IMG/VR virus record: IMGVR_UViG_3300027963_000004
Coordinates: 1-54,284 of that record
Direction: 5' to 3' (one strand)
Length of the DNA: 54,284 nt
Origin: a virus
Taxonomy: Duplodnaviria; Caudoviricetes
Below, piece by piece: positions 10,201 to 18,009 of this stretch. The first letter of the stretch is position 1. Every line of letters begins with the position of its first letter. The notes beneath the pieces are model-generated. The model ran no database searches. It saw nothing but the letters and a program-made list of their open reading frames with translations, and was not told where the DNA came from. Made by a program: the position numbers and the translations under genes.

Positions 10201-12288
10201 AATGTCACCGGGTGCGCCAGCAATTCCCGCGGCAGTTCCTCTTGCTGCACCATAGAGCATGGGGCCAAGACCTTGAGTAAACGGCTCATAGAATGGGCGG
10301 TCTTTACTTGTCTTTGTGCCACCACCACGACCGAACTTAGGCAAACGAAACCGAGTCGGTTGCGAGTCGGTTGCACCACCTTCTGCAAATGAGCGTTGCC
10401 ATTGAGCGCCAAACATAGGCTTGCCCTCTTTGGGCTTCATCATGTTCACATTTAAGCGACCACCACCCAAGGGCGCATTGTACCCAAGGGAATTACCAGT
10501 CACCTTATGCTGACCATCCATGTGTGTGCCATGCATCCCAGCGCTAAGTCTGCCCTCACCAACAGGGACAGAGCCAACCAAGTTGGTCTGATACAGATTG
10601 GCGGGAATGAACTTGTCCAAAGGCTTGACCACACCCGCATTGATGCCCACATCCCCAATGTTGTTGGAGTAGTTAGCCATCAGAGCCTCCATTTGGCGGC
10701 GCTCTCGGTCTTTCTCGATGGCAGTAAGGTTGACACCCGCACTCAGTCTGCCCGCATCTTTGAGGTCAGCATTAGCCATCAGCCCAGCATTGGAGATGTC
10801 TGCTCCATTCATGTGCTGCTTGTTGACAAAGGGGTTGAACTTGATTGGGGAGTCATCCACATCGCCGCCATCAGCAAAGTGCTTGCCCTTGAATGCGAAT
10901 GAGGGCATGGATGGGGTTGTCGGATTGGGATTCTTCTTAGTCTTGTAGTCCCTACCCTTAAAGGTCTGTGAGGCTACATCAGTAGGCTGACCCTTAATCA
11001 TGCCAGCCATCAAAGCCATTAACTTGCGGATGGATTCCTTATCATCCTCATTCTTAATCCCTCTGAGTCTTTTCTCAAAGTTGGACATATGTATCTCACC
11101 GCCAGACTTTTGCCCGGTGTATTTCTTAATCAACTCGCGGTACTTGGCAACTTCATCAAGCCACTGGTCATCCACCAACTGATGGGGGAAGACCTTTTGG
11201 ATAGTCCCAGTAAAGTCTTGGGGGCGCTGAGTTGAGGCAATGTGCTGTGCTGCATCAGGATAGGATAGGGTGAATGGGGTCAAGACCTCTTGGTGACCTA
11301 AAGCCTTGCCACGAATCCCTTTCTCATAGGTATTGTGACCCGCGGTGTCGGTCAACTTTGCACCCGGAACCATCTCCCCGGCTGATAAGCCAGTCAGATT
11401 GACCTCCATGTTGCGCAACTGTGGCTCAGTAATAGCCCATTGGATGTCCAAGCCATTAGGCAATCCCAAGGGTTGAGTCACCTTAGGTATCTTCATTCGG
11501 TTGTTGAACCACTTCCTCATTTCAGGGTCAGCCCTCATTGCCTCCATGGCTGCATCTCGATCAGCAATGCCGGGCCAATTAGAAAAAGAAATCTGCTCCG
11601 TTACCCCTGTCTTTGGGTTTGTCTTTGGATAACCTTGAGCAATCAAAGCATCAAAGGTCTGCATATCTTTAGGCTTAATCTTGGTGAAGTCCATCGCCCT
11701 TAGGTTGGCATCAGCAAAGTGCATGGCAAAGTTATTGGAGATTGGCCCCATAGCCATGTGCTGCCCAACCACTCGCTCTGGCTCATAGAACTCAGCCACA
11801 TCCGTAAACTTGTTCTGAGCCTGTTGTGCCGGCCCCTCATTGGATGCCCAGAAGAGAGGGTTCTTGCCACGCGTCTTGCCCAAGCCATATCTTGCCCCAC
11901 CCTCTTGGATGGATTCAATCCCCTCAATATCCCCAACTCGCTTCAAGACTGAGTCAGAGATGGTCTGGTCACCCGGGATAGCCACATTGACATCACCCTT
12001 GCGGGCTTGGTACACATTGGACTGCCTTGCTTTACCTGTCGGCACAACCTCATAGTCCAATCCCTTGACGCGCTCATTCTCAAGACGCGAGCGCCCAGCC
12101 AAGTTCTTGGTATCCCCTGCCTTGCCAGACTCCACGTGTTCACCTAGCATCTGCTTAGACACGCGAGTAGCCAAAGCATCTATCTCTGCCTTGGTCTTAG
12201 GGGTAGCACGAGCCAAACGCATGGGCAAAGCCCGGTCCGCTTCATTTGCTGCCTTGGCCGTCTTAGCCAGAATATTAAGTGCGCCCAT
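7264..12288 (-). CDS. Large polyvalent multidomain protein (unknown domain, beta-barrel-like segment, PcfJ-like domain, ART-like domain)
   Basis: 1674 aa between TerL and portal; PcfJ-like ESDAMGHSV/VYSLVD..GKPHTTIEV/QIKGKQN; ART-like MYRG..IFVS..YPLHI..NPFD..LGHDS..YDPSQVKSAIGNRGTYD. Confidence 0.7.
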   Translation of the reverse strand: MGALNILAKTAKAANEADRALPMRLARATPKTKAEIDALATRVSKQMLGEHVESGKAGDTKNLAGRSRLENERVKGLDYEVVPTGKARQSNVYQARKGDVNVAIPGDQTISDSVLKRVGDIEGIESIQEGGARYGLGKTRGKNPLFWASNEGPAQQAQNKFTDVAEFYEPERVVGQHMAMGPISNNFAMHFADANLRAMDFTKIKPKDMQTFDALIAQGYPKTNPKTGVTEQISFSNWPGIADRDAAMEAMRADPEMRKWFNNRMKIPKVTQPLGLPNGLDIQWAITEPQLRNMEVNLTGLSAGEMVPGAKLTDTAGHNTYEKGIRGKALGHQEVLTPFTLSYPDAAQHIASTQRPQDFTGTIQKVFPHQLVDDQWLDEVAKYRELIKKYTGQKSGGEIHMSNFEKRLRGIKNEDDKESIRKLMALMAGMIKGQPTDVASQTFKGRDYKTKKNPNPTTPSMPSFAFKGKHFADGGDVDDSPIKFNPFVNKQHMNGADISNAGLMANADLKDAGRLSAGVNLTAIEKDRERRQMEALMANYSNNIGDVGINAGVVKPLDKFIPANLYQTNLVGSVPVGEGRLSAGMHGTHMDGQHKVTGNSLGYNAPLGGGRLNVNMMKPKEGKPMFGAQWQRSFAEGGATDSQPTRFRLPKFGRGGGTKTSKDRPFYEPFTQGLGPMLYGAARGTAAGIAGAPGDIEELGRMGINYAGELAGKPNLVEEEAALPTSERVLKKIPSLKDLGAGKEAQHSEDVASKLGMYGVSQIVAPKAGSTVAKGIKTVGKELGETAGQKIAMGQPLVPGIPKSLTNPPVMNIIKPEGGNWKDKSITNFGQNLKDSNSPRHMASVRGNPKKVYEDTINKMDTVIERMKEAGQWNPETEQAYANLRKQAENTYAIDTWVDSNLTNYVKKQMGTEKDPVRLLADQGISQFAGEGAMRDALNWSYQQAADARKARAKFGMPENQMSTTRMGTFWETATDDLIGGNSKLLKDYKTEKRLKDNPWMANAPGDTPIYGIPPHGSYEDYGSSLGFDHILDVLKEDLATGRIRPDQLNKVSMKQAVERTHQYNQELAKKAEEAKAKRAEGLTVFKEYPEGYKWVQLDKPGQFTAESDAMGHSVRGYEPPKGHPEWSFESGNAGSPDYGLGGYEAIKRGDAKVYSLVDPEGKPHTTIEVGSGYDAPAWYQKNKKLFDSDMPLTNKSDEESLHDTVGQMVSSFNELSDSPAAYVKSISKILDDAGIPYIPAERSKPTIHQIKGKQNRSPNPEYLPYVQDFVRSSEWDEIGDLRNTGLKTLDQAFPNYADAKRYSRTNPDTRYVTQADIDAYHKQVNEELLNEYSKYRLKPDPESKNTLGRNDLMTIRELAELEFPGDLQKQANMIRGAMQGTTEPGAYSGSIFPPLEEKKGGAISAPKFSLKMGVGGLLKGAAKSMKGLQKVLPQAEREANLQKFLEKSKVKEKMYRGATPHFQKEGDPIFVSPNLDFAESFPVGSKSPTIAAEKNQTLYPLHINATNPFDYDDINQIEKVIQQISKSDPDEAEKIKNEFDYYLKMARFGNQTGNWGLIENPVVQDAIKKLGHDSFYVNEEGIKNIGLYDPSQVKSAIGNRGTYDINDPDINKAIGGAVQSLESKLPKLLKTDYKSIDKLMTEISKKHKTASKKLHDEFVTKHHMTPDTWIKRK

Positions 12289-12291
12289 GTT

Positions 12292-13707
12292 TTACACCGC
12301 GTAAGGGTTGACCCGTTTGGGTTTTAAATCTAAATAATCATCATCATCATCATAACGAGGCTCTGGGTTTATGTCTAGGAACCCCATATCTTTAAGCAAG
12401 CGAATAGCCTGAGTTGCGCTATCCACATAGTCATCATGGGTGGAATCAGGGAATGAGCATATCTGGCTCAAAAACCCCTCGCACCAGTCTTTGACATAGC
12501 CCTTGCGCACTGAGGACTCTGGCAGCCAGACGCGACCAGTCGTAAAGATGGAGGCGGTAATCTGGAGCCGGGTCATCTTATCGGCATTGCCGGGATTCCA
12601 TGCCCTTACAGGCAGATGCATTGCCCTCAACTCTTGCACTAAAGACAGACCAGATGCCTTTGCCTCCACGAGGATTAAGTCAGGGCGCTTGGCATCCCTC
12701 CCCTCACCATAAGAGACACGCCACTCTTCAATGACCTTAGGCTTGAGGTTAGGGAAAGTCAGATGTTCTGCCCAGCAGTCAATCAGCAGCACAGACATGG
12801 GGCCATCCATAGGCTTGAACACGCCCCAAGTAGTCATAGCCGTAGGATCGTTGTATTCCTTATCCGTATAGGCGCAGTCATAGGACTGCACAATGTATTC
12901 AAACTTAGGGAATGGTCGGTCAGCAGGCCACATCTGGAACATATCCCGGCTGACAACCTTACCATCCTCAAGGTCAACTATCTCACCCATGACCTCTTGC
13001 TGATAGAGTTTGCTGCCCTTGTACTGCTCTAATTGCTTGCTGAAGTTGGGTGCAAGGTTAGCCTTATTCTCATAGGTACTGGCTCGGTCAATGACCACAT
13101 CACCACCCTCTCTGCCCACCAGATCAAGGATCAAGTCCTTAGGCTTGGGCGTAGTAGTCACAATCACTCGAGGCTGAGTGCCTAAGCGCAGACCCATCAT
13201 CATCATGTCCCATGCCTCCCCAGGCCCCAGATACTGGAATGCAGCCAACTCATCTGCCCAGCACCAATGAAACTGCGGCCCCCTTAGCCGTTCATAGGAA
13301 TCACCAGAAATGCCGCGAATGATAGAGCCATTGCTCAGTTTGATCTGGTGATCCTGTTTGTTATAGTCGGTCACCAACTCTTGAGGAATGCAAGCAAGTA
13401 AGCCTGACTGCCCCTCAAAACAAGTGAACTTGATGTCATTACTGGTTGGAGCCAGTACAAGCCCTCGAGTACCGGGGTTTGTCCAACACCACCACCAAAG
13501 CGCCTCTGCTGCCGAGCGCGTCTTCCCCGCGCCCCTACCCGCGAGCATCATCCAGACAGTGTAGTCATATTCCAATGGCGGGGGTATCTGGTACTTATGG
13601 GCGCTTGCTATCCATTTTGCATGGGCTATTTGGGCAATCCGGTCATGCTCTGCCTGCGCGTCAAACTCTGCCGCGACCGCTGGGTCTTCAAGCAACTCAG
13701 CCAGCAC
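12292..13707 (-). CDS. terL: Terminase large subunit
   Basis: Walker A AGRGAGKT, Walker B WADE, coupling motif VTTTP, nuclease SYDCA and HDDYVDS. Confidence 0.95.
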   Translation of the reverse strand: MLAELLEDPAVAAEFDAQAEHDRIAQIAHAKWIASAHKYQIPPPLEYDYTVWMMLAGRGAGKTRSAAEALWWWCWTNPGTRGLVLAPTSNDIKFTCFEGQSGLLACIPQELVTDYNKQDHQIKLSNGSIIRGISGDSYERLRGPQFHWCWADELAAFQYLGPGEAWDMMMMGLRLGTQPRVIVTTTPKPKDLILDLVGREGGDVVIDRASTYENKANLAPNFSKQLEQYKGSKLYQQEVMGEIVDLEDGKVVSRDMFQMWPADRPFPKFEYIVQSYDCAYTDKEYNDPTAMTTWGVFKPMDGPMSVLLIDCWAEHLTFPNLKPKVIEEWRVSYGEGRDAKRPDLILVEAKASGLSLVQELRAMHLPVRAWNPGNADKMTRLQITASIFTTGRVWLPESSVRKGYVKDWCEGFLSQICSFPDSTHDDYVDSATQAIRLLKDMGFLDINPEPRYDDDDDYLDLKPKRVNPYAV

Positions 13708-14296
13708 GCTTAGTCATCTCCATGTTCTTAATAATCTCGAGGAACTTATTCGCCCCAGTATCCTCAGTCTTGATGGCTGCACCTCCCTCAACCCCCTCAA
13801 TGGCCACCCTATCCCCATACTTGGTGGGATGGAACTTTGCCAGCAACTTCAATCGGGTCTCAACCTGTAGGCGGCGAGCATTAACATCGTCCGACCTAAT
13901 CACCGACCGCAATATTGCCTTAGTCTTGGGGTCTTCCGTTTCCGTGATCCGTTCCGTTATTGTCTGATTGTCCGCAATGTGCAAACACTCTTCAGCAATT
14001 GCGTCGTAACCAATATCTCTGGCTCGCGCGATGGATGCGGAAAGATCAGGATTGCGACCCATCCAATCGTAAACAGTCCTCCATGCAGGGAAGCCTTCGT
14101 TCTCTCTACATATCTGTCTAAGTGGTATTCCCTCACTTAGTTGTTCACATATGATTCTTGCTATCTTAGGGTCATAGTTAGATGGTCTGCCTATTTTAGG
14201 CTTTGTTTTGGGCTTGGGGGATTTTTTGGGGGCAACTGCACCCTGAGCCTTGGCGGCCCCTATAGGTTTCTTAACAGTCTTATTAGTTTCAGGCAT
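13697..14296 (-). CDS. terS: Terminase small subunit
   Basis: Likely start MPETNK; GRPSNY, HTH (LRQIC..FPAWRTVYDW), RLQVETRLKLLAKFHPTKYGD; overlaps TerL start. Confidence 0.8.
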   Translation of the reverse strand: MPETNKTVKKPIGAAKAQGAVAPKKSPKPKTKPKIGRPSNYDPKIARIICEQLSEGIPLRQICRENEGFPAWRTVYDWMGRNPDLSASIARARDIGYDAIAEECLHIADNQTITERITETEDPKTKAILRSVIRSDDVNARRLQVETRLKLLAKFHPTKYGDRVAIEGVEGGAAIKTEDTGANKFLEIIKNMEMTKRAG

Positions 14297-14360
14297 TACC
14301 CTTAGTCCCCATGAATAGTGAATGATTGCAGAAATCAATTCGCTTACAGTTCGCTATAAG

Positions 14361-14480
14361 GTGTTGGTGTCCTGCCTTGAACTTTATCGCAGGTTGCCAG
14401 TCTCAGGCTTTCGCCACACCAACACGGCTGAAGACTGAGTATCCCCCTATTTTATGAGAGGCAATCTTCATGCGTGTTGG
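14361..14480 (-). ncRNA. Candidate structured RNA upstream of terS
   Basis: Several perfect stems including a GGC-GAAA-GCC GNRA hairpin, and two mutually exclusive helices sharing GUGUUGG. Confidence 0.5.
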
Positions 14481-14501
14481 AATCTTGATTTTACTACAGA
14501 T

Positions 14502-14535
14502 GAAAAGAAAAGAAAAGTCCTAGTCTTTCCTAGGA
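14502..14535 (-). terminator. Intrinsic terminator ending the early small-gene operon
   Basis: Minus strand TCCTAG-GAAAGA-CTAGGA then CTTTTCTTTTCTTTTC. Confidence 0.55.
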
Positions 14536-14571
14536 GTCAGAGGCTTATAGGTGTCCTCATTCACCATGGGT

Positions 14572-14584
14572 AACCGAATCGGTT
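14572..14584. promoter_or_regulatory. Palindrome AACCGAATCGGTT, intergenic copy of a dispersed motif
   Basis: Same CCGANTCGG core at 3190, 10351, 24273, 24285, 24456, 37197. Confidence 0.5.
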
Positions 14585-14618
14585 TTGATTCGCTATCAGT
14601 TCAATATTGATTCGCTTT

Positions 14619-14756
14619 TTAGATAAAACAAAGAGTAACCATAAATGCCATAAAAAGAAAGCCTATGATGCATTTTTGCCACAATGGCTCTGCATGGTAA
14701 TACTCATACTGACTTGGTAAGTCCCTCATCATGTCATCTATCTCATGTCGGTTCAT
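14619..14756 (-). CDS. Small membrane protein (45 aa)
   Basis: MNRHEIDDMMRDLP...CIIGFLFMAFMVTLCFI; ATGA overlap with upstream gene; below ORF-track cutoff. Confidence 0.5.
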   Translation of the reverse strand: MNRHEIDDMMRDLPSQYEYYHAEPLWQKCIIGFLFMAFMVTLCFI

Positions 14757-14905
14757 ATCCAATCCTTTAAATTTTTAGGTACTTCAATAGGGGGTTGCAT
14801 CAGAACTGCTCTTGGCTTTGGGGGAGGCTTGCCCCCCTCCTTGACCACATAAACCCACATGACCACAAGCCAAAATAAAAAAAGGAAAAATGCTGCCCAT
14901 CTCAT
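14753..14905 (-). CDS. Small membrane protein (50 aa)
   Basis: MRWAAFFLFLFWLVVMWVYVVKEGGKPPPKP...; ATGA overlaps at both ends. Confidence 0.5.
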   Translation of the reverse strand: MRWAAFFLFLFWLVVMWVYVVKEGGKPPPKPRAVLMQPPIEVPKNLKDWI

Positions 14906-15132
14906 GTCATCTCCTTGAGGTATCTTCTTGCAGTCTTCTTATCTGCAATAGACATTGGCAAGCCATCCTGTAACCTCTGAGCCAACATCTTCTCATAGGC
15001 ATAAGGCTCTCTCTGAGCCAAGGATGGGTCTCCAAAGGCTCTTGCCCTCTCTTCAGGGGTGAGGGTTATCCTAGGCAAGCCTAGAACTTCCCTCATGGCT
15101 ATTTCAGCCTTGAGTTCCTCTATGGTTCTCAT
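14902..15132 (-). CDS. Hypothetical early protein
   Basis: 76 aa ORF, GAGGA SD, ATGA coupling. Confidence 0.6.
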   Translation of the reverse strand: MRTIEELKAEIAMREVLGLPRITLTPEERARAFGDPSLAQREPYAYEKMLAQRLQDGLPMSIADKKTARRYLKEMT

Positions 15133-15389
15133 ACTTCCTCTACAGTAATCCTGTACTGCTTACCATTCCTATCCTCAACCATGATGGTCTTCTTGGTAGA
15201 GGCAAACGAACCACTAGGGTCGGTGTCATACTGAGTTCTGCCAACACTTGAGAGCATCCTCTCAGTATCATTAGACTTGAGGTTACTTTGGATTAAGTGA
15301 GCAATGTAGTCACAATAAGCCATCCTTACCTTAGGAACTGCATCAAAGAACTGCTTAACGATAGTGTCCATAGTTTCAAAATGTGTCAT
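15129..15389 (-). CDS. Hypothetical early protein
   Basis: AAGGA SD before MTHFETM at 15389. Confidence 0.6.
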   Translation of the reverse strand: MTHFETMDTIVKQFFDAVPKVRMAYCDYIAHLIQSNLKSNDTERMLSSVGRTQYDTDPSGSFASTKKTIMVEDRNGKQYRITVEEV

Positions 15390-15399
15390 GGTATTTTCC

Positions 15400-15639
15400 T
15401 TAGTTGTTGAAGTATTCAGAAATTTCATTTTCAATACGGCTTATGTCAGCCTTAGACAATTTGCGTTCTAGCCATGGTGCATAACGACCACGACGGTCAC
15501 ATACAACCCATTCACTGTTGCCATAGTAGTCAACATCAGAGTCACACCATGGGTTGCCATTGCCATCCTGATAATCCTCTACACCAATGATGCAAGGGAT
15601 GTTTGCCACTCTTGATTCTATTTTTGCTATGTATGACAT
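15400..15639 (-). CDS. Hypothetical early protein
   Basis: 79 aa; DSDVDYYG..W.VCDRRGRYAPWLERKL; AAGGA SD. Confidence 0.65.
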   Translation of the reverse strand: MSYIAKIESRVANIPCIIGVEDYQDGNGNPWCDSDVDYYGNSEWVVCDRRGRYAPWLERKLSKADISRIENEISEYFNN

Positions 15640-15693
15640 TGTGTTTCCTTTCGCTTTTATTTACCTAAATGCATTATTGCAATTAGTGAGATT

Positions 15694-15723
15694 AGTATAA
15701 CATCAAATTAAACAATGCAACAA
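15694..15723 (-). promoter_or_regulatory. Sigma70-type early promoter (extended -10 TGTTATACT)
   Basis: Intergenic; shares the 17-mer TGCATTGTTTAATTTGA with the promoter at 17372-17400. Confidence 0.6.
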
Positions 15724-15727
15724 ATAT

Positions 15728-15889
15728 TTATTGATGTGGCTTGCCCTCCATCTTGAGGTGAGCCAACAACTCATGCAAGGCAAACTCCTTAGTAGGGTAA
15801 GCCTTGATGAAGTTCTCAACCTCATGCAGTACATACTCATAACCACTATTGAATCCCTTGATGTACTCTGACATGGTGGTTTCAGACAT
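15728..15889 (-). CDS. Hypothetical early protein (53 aa)
   Basis: MSETTMSEYIKGFNSGYEYVLHEVE...; overlaps upstream stop; below ORF-track cutoff. Confidence 0.5.
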   Translation of the reverse strand: MSETTMSEYIKGFNSGYEYVLHEVENFIKAYPTKEFALHELLAHLKMEGKPHQ

Positions 15890-16226
15890 GAGCCTCTTCC
15901 TCCTCTTGTTGTCTAACTAAACTCTGCATCAATCTTTCTGTCAATGGTTTTGCCAATATCTGATCAAGGTGCTTGAAGTCACCCTTGACTGTTGAGTAGT
16001 GATACACCCTATCAAGGTAGTCATCACCCTTTAGTTGGTGTCCATGTTGCCATAGACCATGCAAGTAATCTAAAACCTCAAAATAACAATTGTAGGTAAC
16101 TGAACCAACATAATTACCATCTTTATCTAAAACAGTTGTATGTTTTGAAAAGTAATTGCTTGGCTCTTTGATGTAGCCCCCTTGGGCAATGGCTTGGATA
16201 GCCTCTTTGAGTCTGATGGTTGCCAT
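15882..16226 (-). CDS. Hypothetical early protein
   Basis: 114 aa, AAGGAG SD. Confidence 0.65.
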   Translation of the reverse strand: MATIRLKEAIQAIAQGGYIKEPSNYFSKHTTVLDKDGNYVGSVTYNCYFEVLDYLHGLWQHGHQLKGDDYLDRVYHYSTVKGDFKHLDQILAKPLTERLMQSLVRQQEEEEAHV

Positions 16227-16237
16227 GGTTATGCTCC

Positions 16238-16732
16238 TTAGATTAATTGGTATTGGTTAGGGAATTTGGAATCTAGGTACTGCTTTGCTTTGTCAATATC
16301 AAGCACATTCAGAGTTCTGAATACACCATTGCCATCAGTAAGCAACTTGAAAGTTGTACCTTTCTTTTTGGCTTTGGCTAACTTCTTATCCATCTCAAAC
16401 TGATTGACAATTTCATCAATCCAAATACCCATTGTCATGGTATATTCTTTCTCCCCATCAAAGCCTTTCCACTTAGGCAAAGACCTTACATAGTTGTGCA
16501 AGAGAGCATAGTTTGGGGTTGCTTTGAATACTGACTTGTCATCCCATGTAGAGATGCAATCAACCTTGGGTTCATTGATGTCAAAGCAATCTACTTGTAC
16601 ATCACCCCCATTACCATCATTGTGTACAAAGGCAAACTTTTTACCATCAAGATGCAAAGTGAATTGATAACCACCTCCATCATAAGTTGCCCAAGTCTTA
16701 AAACCTTTAATTGTAAAATTTGAATTGTTCAT
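16238..16732 (-). CDS. Hypothetical early protein
   Basis: 164 aa, L.LDGKK.A.V.NDGNGG motif, AAGGA SD. Confidence 0.7.
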   Translation of the reverse strand: MNNSNFTIKGFKTWATYDGGGYQFTLHLDGKKFAFVHNDGNGGDVQVDCFDINEPKVDCISTWDDKSVFKATPNYALLHNYVRSLPKWKGFDGEKEYTMTMGIWIDEIVNQFEMDKKLAKAKKKGTTFKLLTDGNGVFRTLNVLDIDKAKQYLDSKFPNQYQLI

Positions 16733-16772
16733 GTTATGTTTTCCTTTAAGTTAGCCCCCGAAAGGGCTATTG

Positions 16773-16976
16773 TTAGTTAATAATTTGAAATCCACATTTA
16801 AATTCAGGATGTGCAAGCAAATTGTGCTTTTTTGCAATTTGTACTAATTGATATTTAGTTTCCATCGATTTTGCAGACCGTATTAAAGATGCTAAAGAAG
16901 ATGCACCTATATTCATTAACCCATTGTTAATATAAACTTTTGCTATTGCTAATTTTTTAGTTTCATTCTTTGTCAT
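16773..16976 (-). CDS. Hypothetical early protein
   Basis: 67 aa, AAGGA SD, flanked by repeated hairpin leaders. Confidence 0.6.
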   Translation of the reverse strand: MTKNETKKLAIAKVYINNGLMNIGASSLASLIRSAKSMETKYQLVQIAKKHNLLAHPEFKCGFQIIN

Positions 16977-17021
16977 TTTTATTTTCCTTTTAAAGTTAGC
17001 CCCCCTTGGGGGGCATTGGGT

Positions 17022-17318
17022 TTATTTAGATGTAACCTTAACTGAATAAACTGCTGATGCTTTGGTGTACTGAGCAAGTTGCTCAGATGTGATACCAAGG
17101 TCAGCACATAATTTTTTGTAGTCAACAACACTTCTGTTGGACTCAATGTATGTAGCCTTGAATAAAGCACCCTCAATAACCTTTTCACCACCTAGGGAGG
17201 CTTGGTCTTTGATGGAATCTTTAATCATGTCTGCTTGCTTTGTGAGGTCTGCAATCTGAGCCAAGAGTTGACCCAATGTGTCGATAGAGACTGCTGAGAT
17301 GTTTAGTGGTGCATTCAT
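17022..17318 (-). CDS. Hypothetical early protein (first gene after promoter)
   Basis: Likely start MNAPLNI (upstream in-frame start lies inside the promoter); IDTLGQLLAQIADL..IEGALFKAT..VDYKKL. Confidence 0.65.
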   Translation of the reverse strand: MNAPLNISAVSIDTLGQLLAQIADLTKQADMIKDSIKDQASLGGEKVIEGALFKATYIESNRSVVDYKKLCADLGITSEQLAQYTKASAVYSVKVTSK

Positions 17319-17371
17319 TTGTTGACTCGCTTTCTTTAAAGTTACCCAACTAAATTTGTGTTGGTATAGAT

Positions 17372-17400
17372 AATGTAACTTCAAATTAAACAATGCACAA
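17372..17400 (-). promoter_or_regulatory. Sigma70-type early promoter TTGTGC-17-TACATT
   Basis: 17-nt spacer, T-rich UP-like tract upstream, shared 17-mer with 15703-15719. Confidence 0.6.
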
Positions 17401-17446
17401 GTCTTTTTTGCAAAAAAGTTGAAAATAATTAAAAAAAAGTCTAAAA

Positions 17447-17716
17447 CTAGGGAAAACCCCTAGAAAAAAGCCTTTCTAAAGTAACATTAAGGGCATCCAA
17501 CTCACCCATTTTCTTAATTTTCCACATTCTTTTTTGCCCATGCCATCCATTAAATAACCCTTGATGGCAGTCTTTACATAGGGCTACACAGGTATATTGC
17601 AGTCCTTGTTCTATATGGTGAGCATCAGAGGGGCCTGGCACATCACAGACAGAGCAAGGCAACTCTTTCACTCTACCCAAATGCTGCCTCTCTATTTTAT
17701 TTAATTGGTTATTCAT
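17447..17716 (-). CDS. Zn-binding HNH-like nuclease (Ref/DUF968-like)
   Basis: LPCSVC..DAHHI..VALCKDCHQG..WHG. Confidence 0.65.
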   Translation of the reverse strand: MNNQLNKIERQHLGRVKELPCSVCDVPGPSDAHHIEQGLQYTCVALCKDCHQGLFNGWHGQKRMWKIKKMGELDALNVTLERLFSRGFP

Positions 17717-18009
17717 TGTTTATCATTTACCCCTTGAGCCTTACTTAGTATGGCTCTAGCAAACAACACATAAGCCTCTTCCATTGTGGCCCCATCTATT
17801 ACTAGCATAGTCCTAGCAGTGTCTAGGATTTCTTCATCGGTTAACTCACGTTGTTGCTTAACCATTGTGCAAACTAATCGCCACTCCTCAAGCGTAGGCA
17901 ATATATCAGGGTTCATAATAATTTCTTTATCCCTTTTAAATATGTTAATTGGAAACGAATTGTTAAAGTCTTTTACCCCTTGCCACCATTCATCTGAGTA
18001 CCTTTTCAA
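17713..18009 (-). CDS. Hypothetical protein
   Basis: 98 aa with the common phage motif RELTDEEI..FARAIL. Confidence 0.55.
   Translation of the reverse strand: MKRYSDEWWQGVKDFNNSFPINIFKRDKEIIMNPDILPTLEEWRLVCTMVKQQRELTDEEILDTARTMLVIDGATMEEAYVLFARAILSKAQGVNDKQ

Noticed and set aside
14361-14425. Hammerhead ribozyme or tRNA
   Set aside because: Junction lacks the CUGANGA/GAAA/UH core arrangement; no cloverleaf or T-loop
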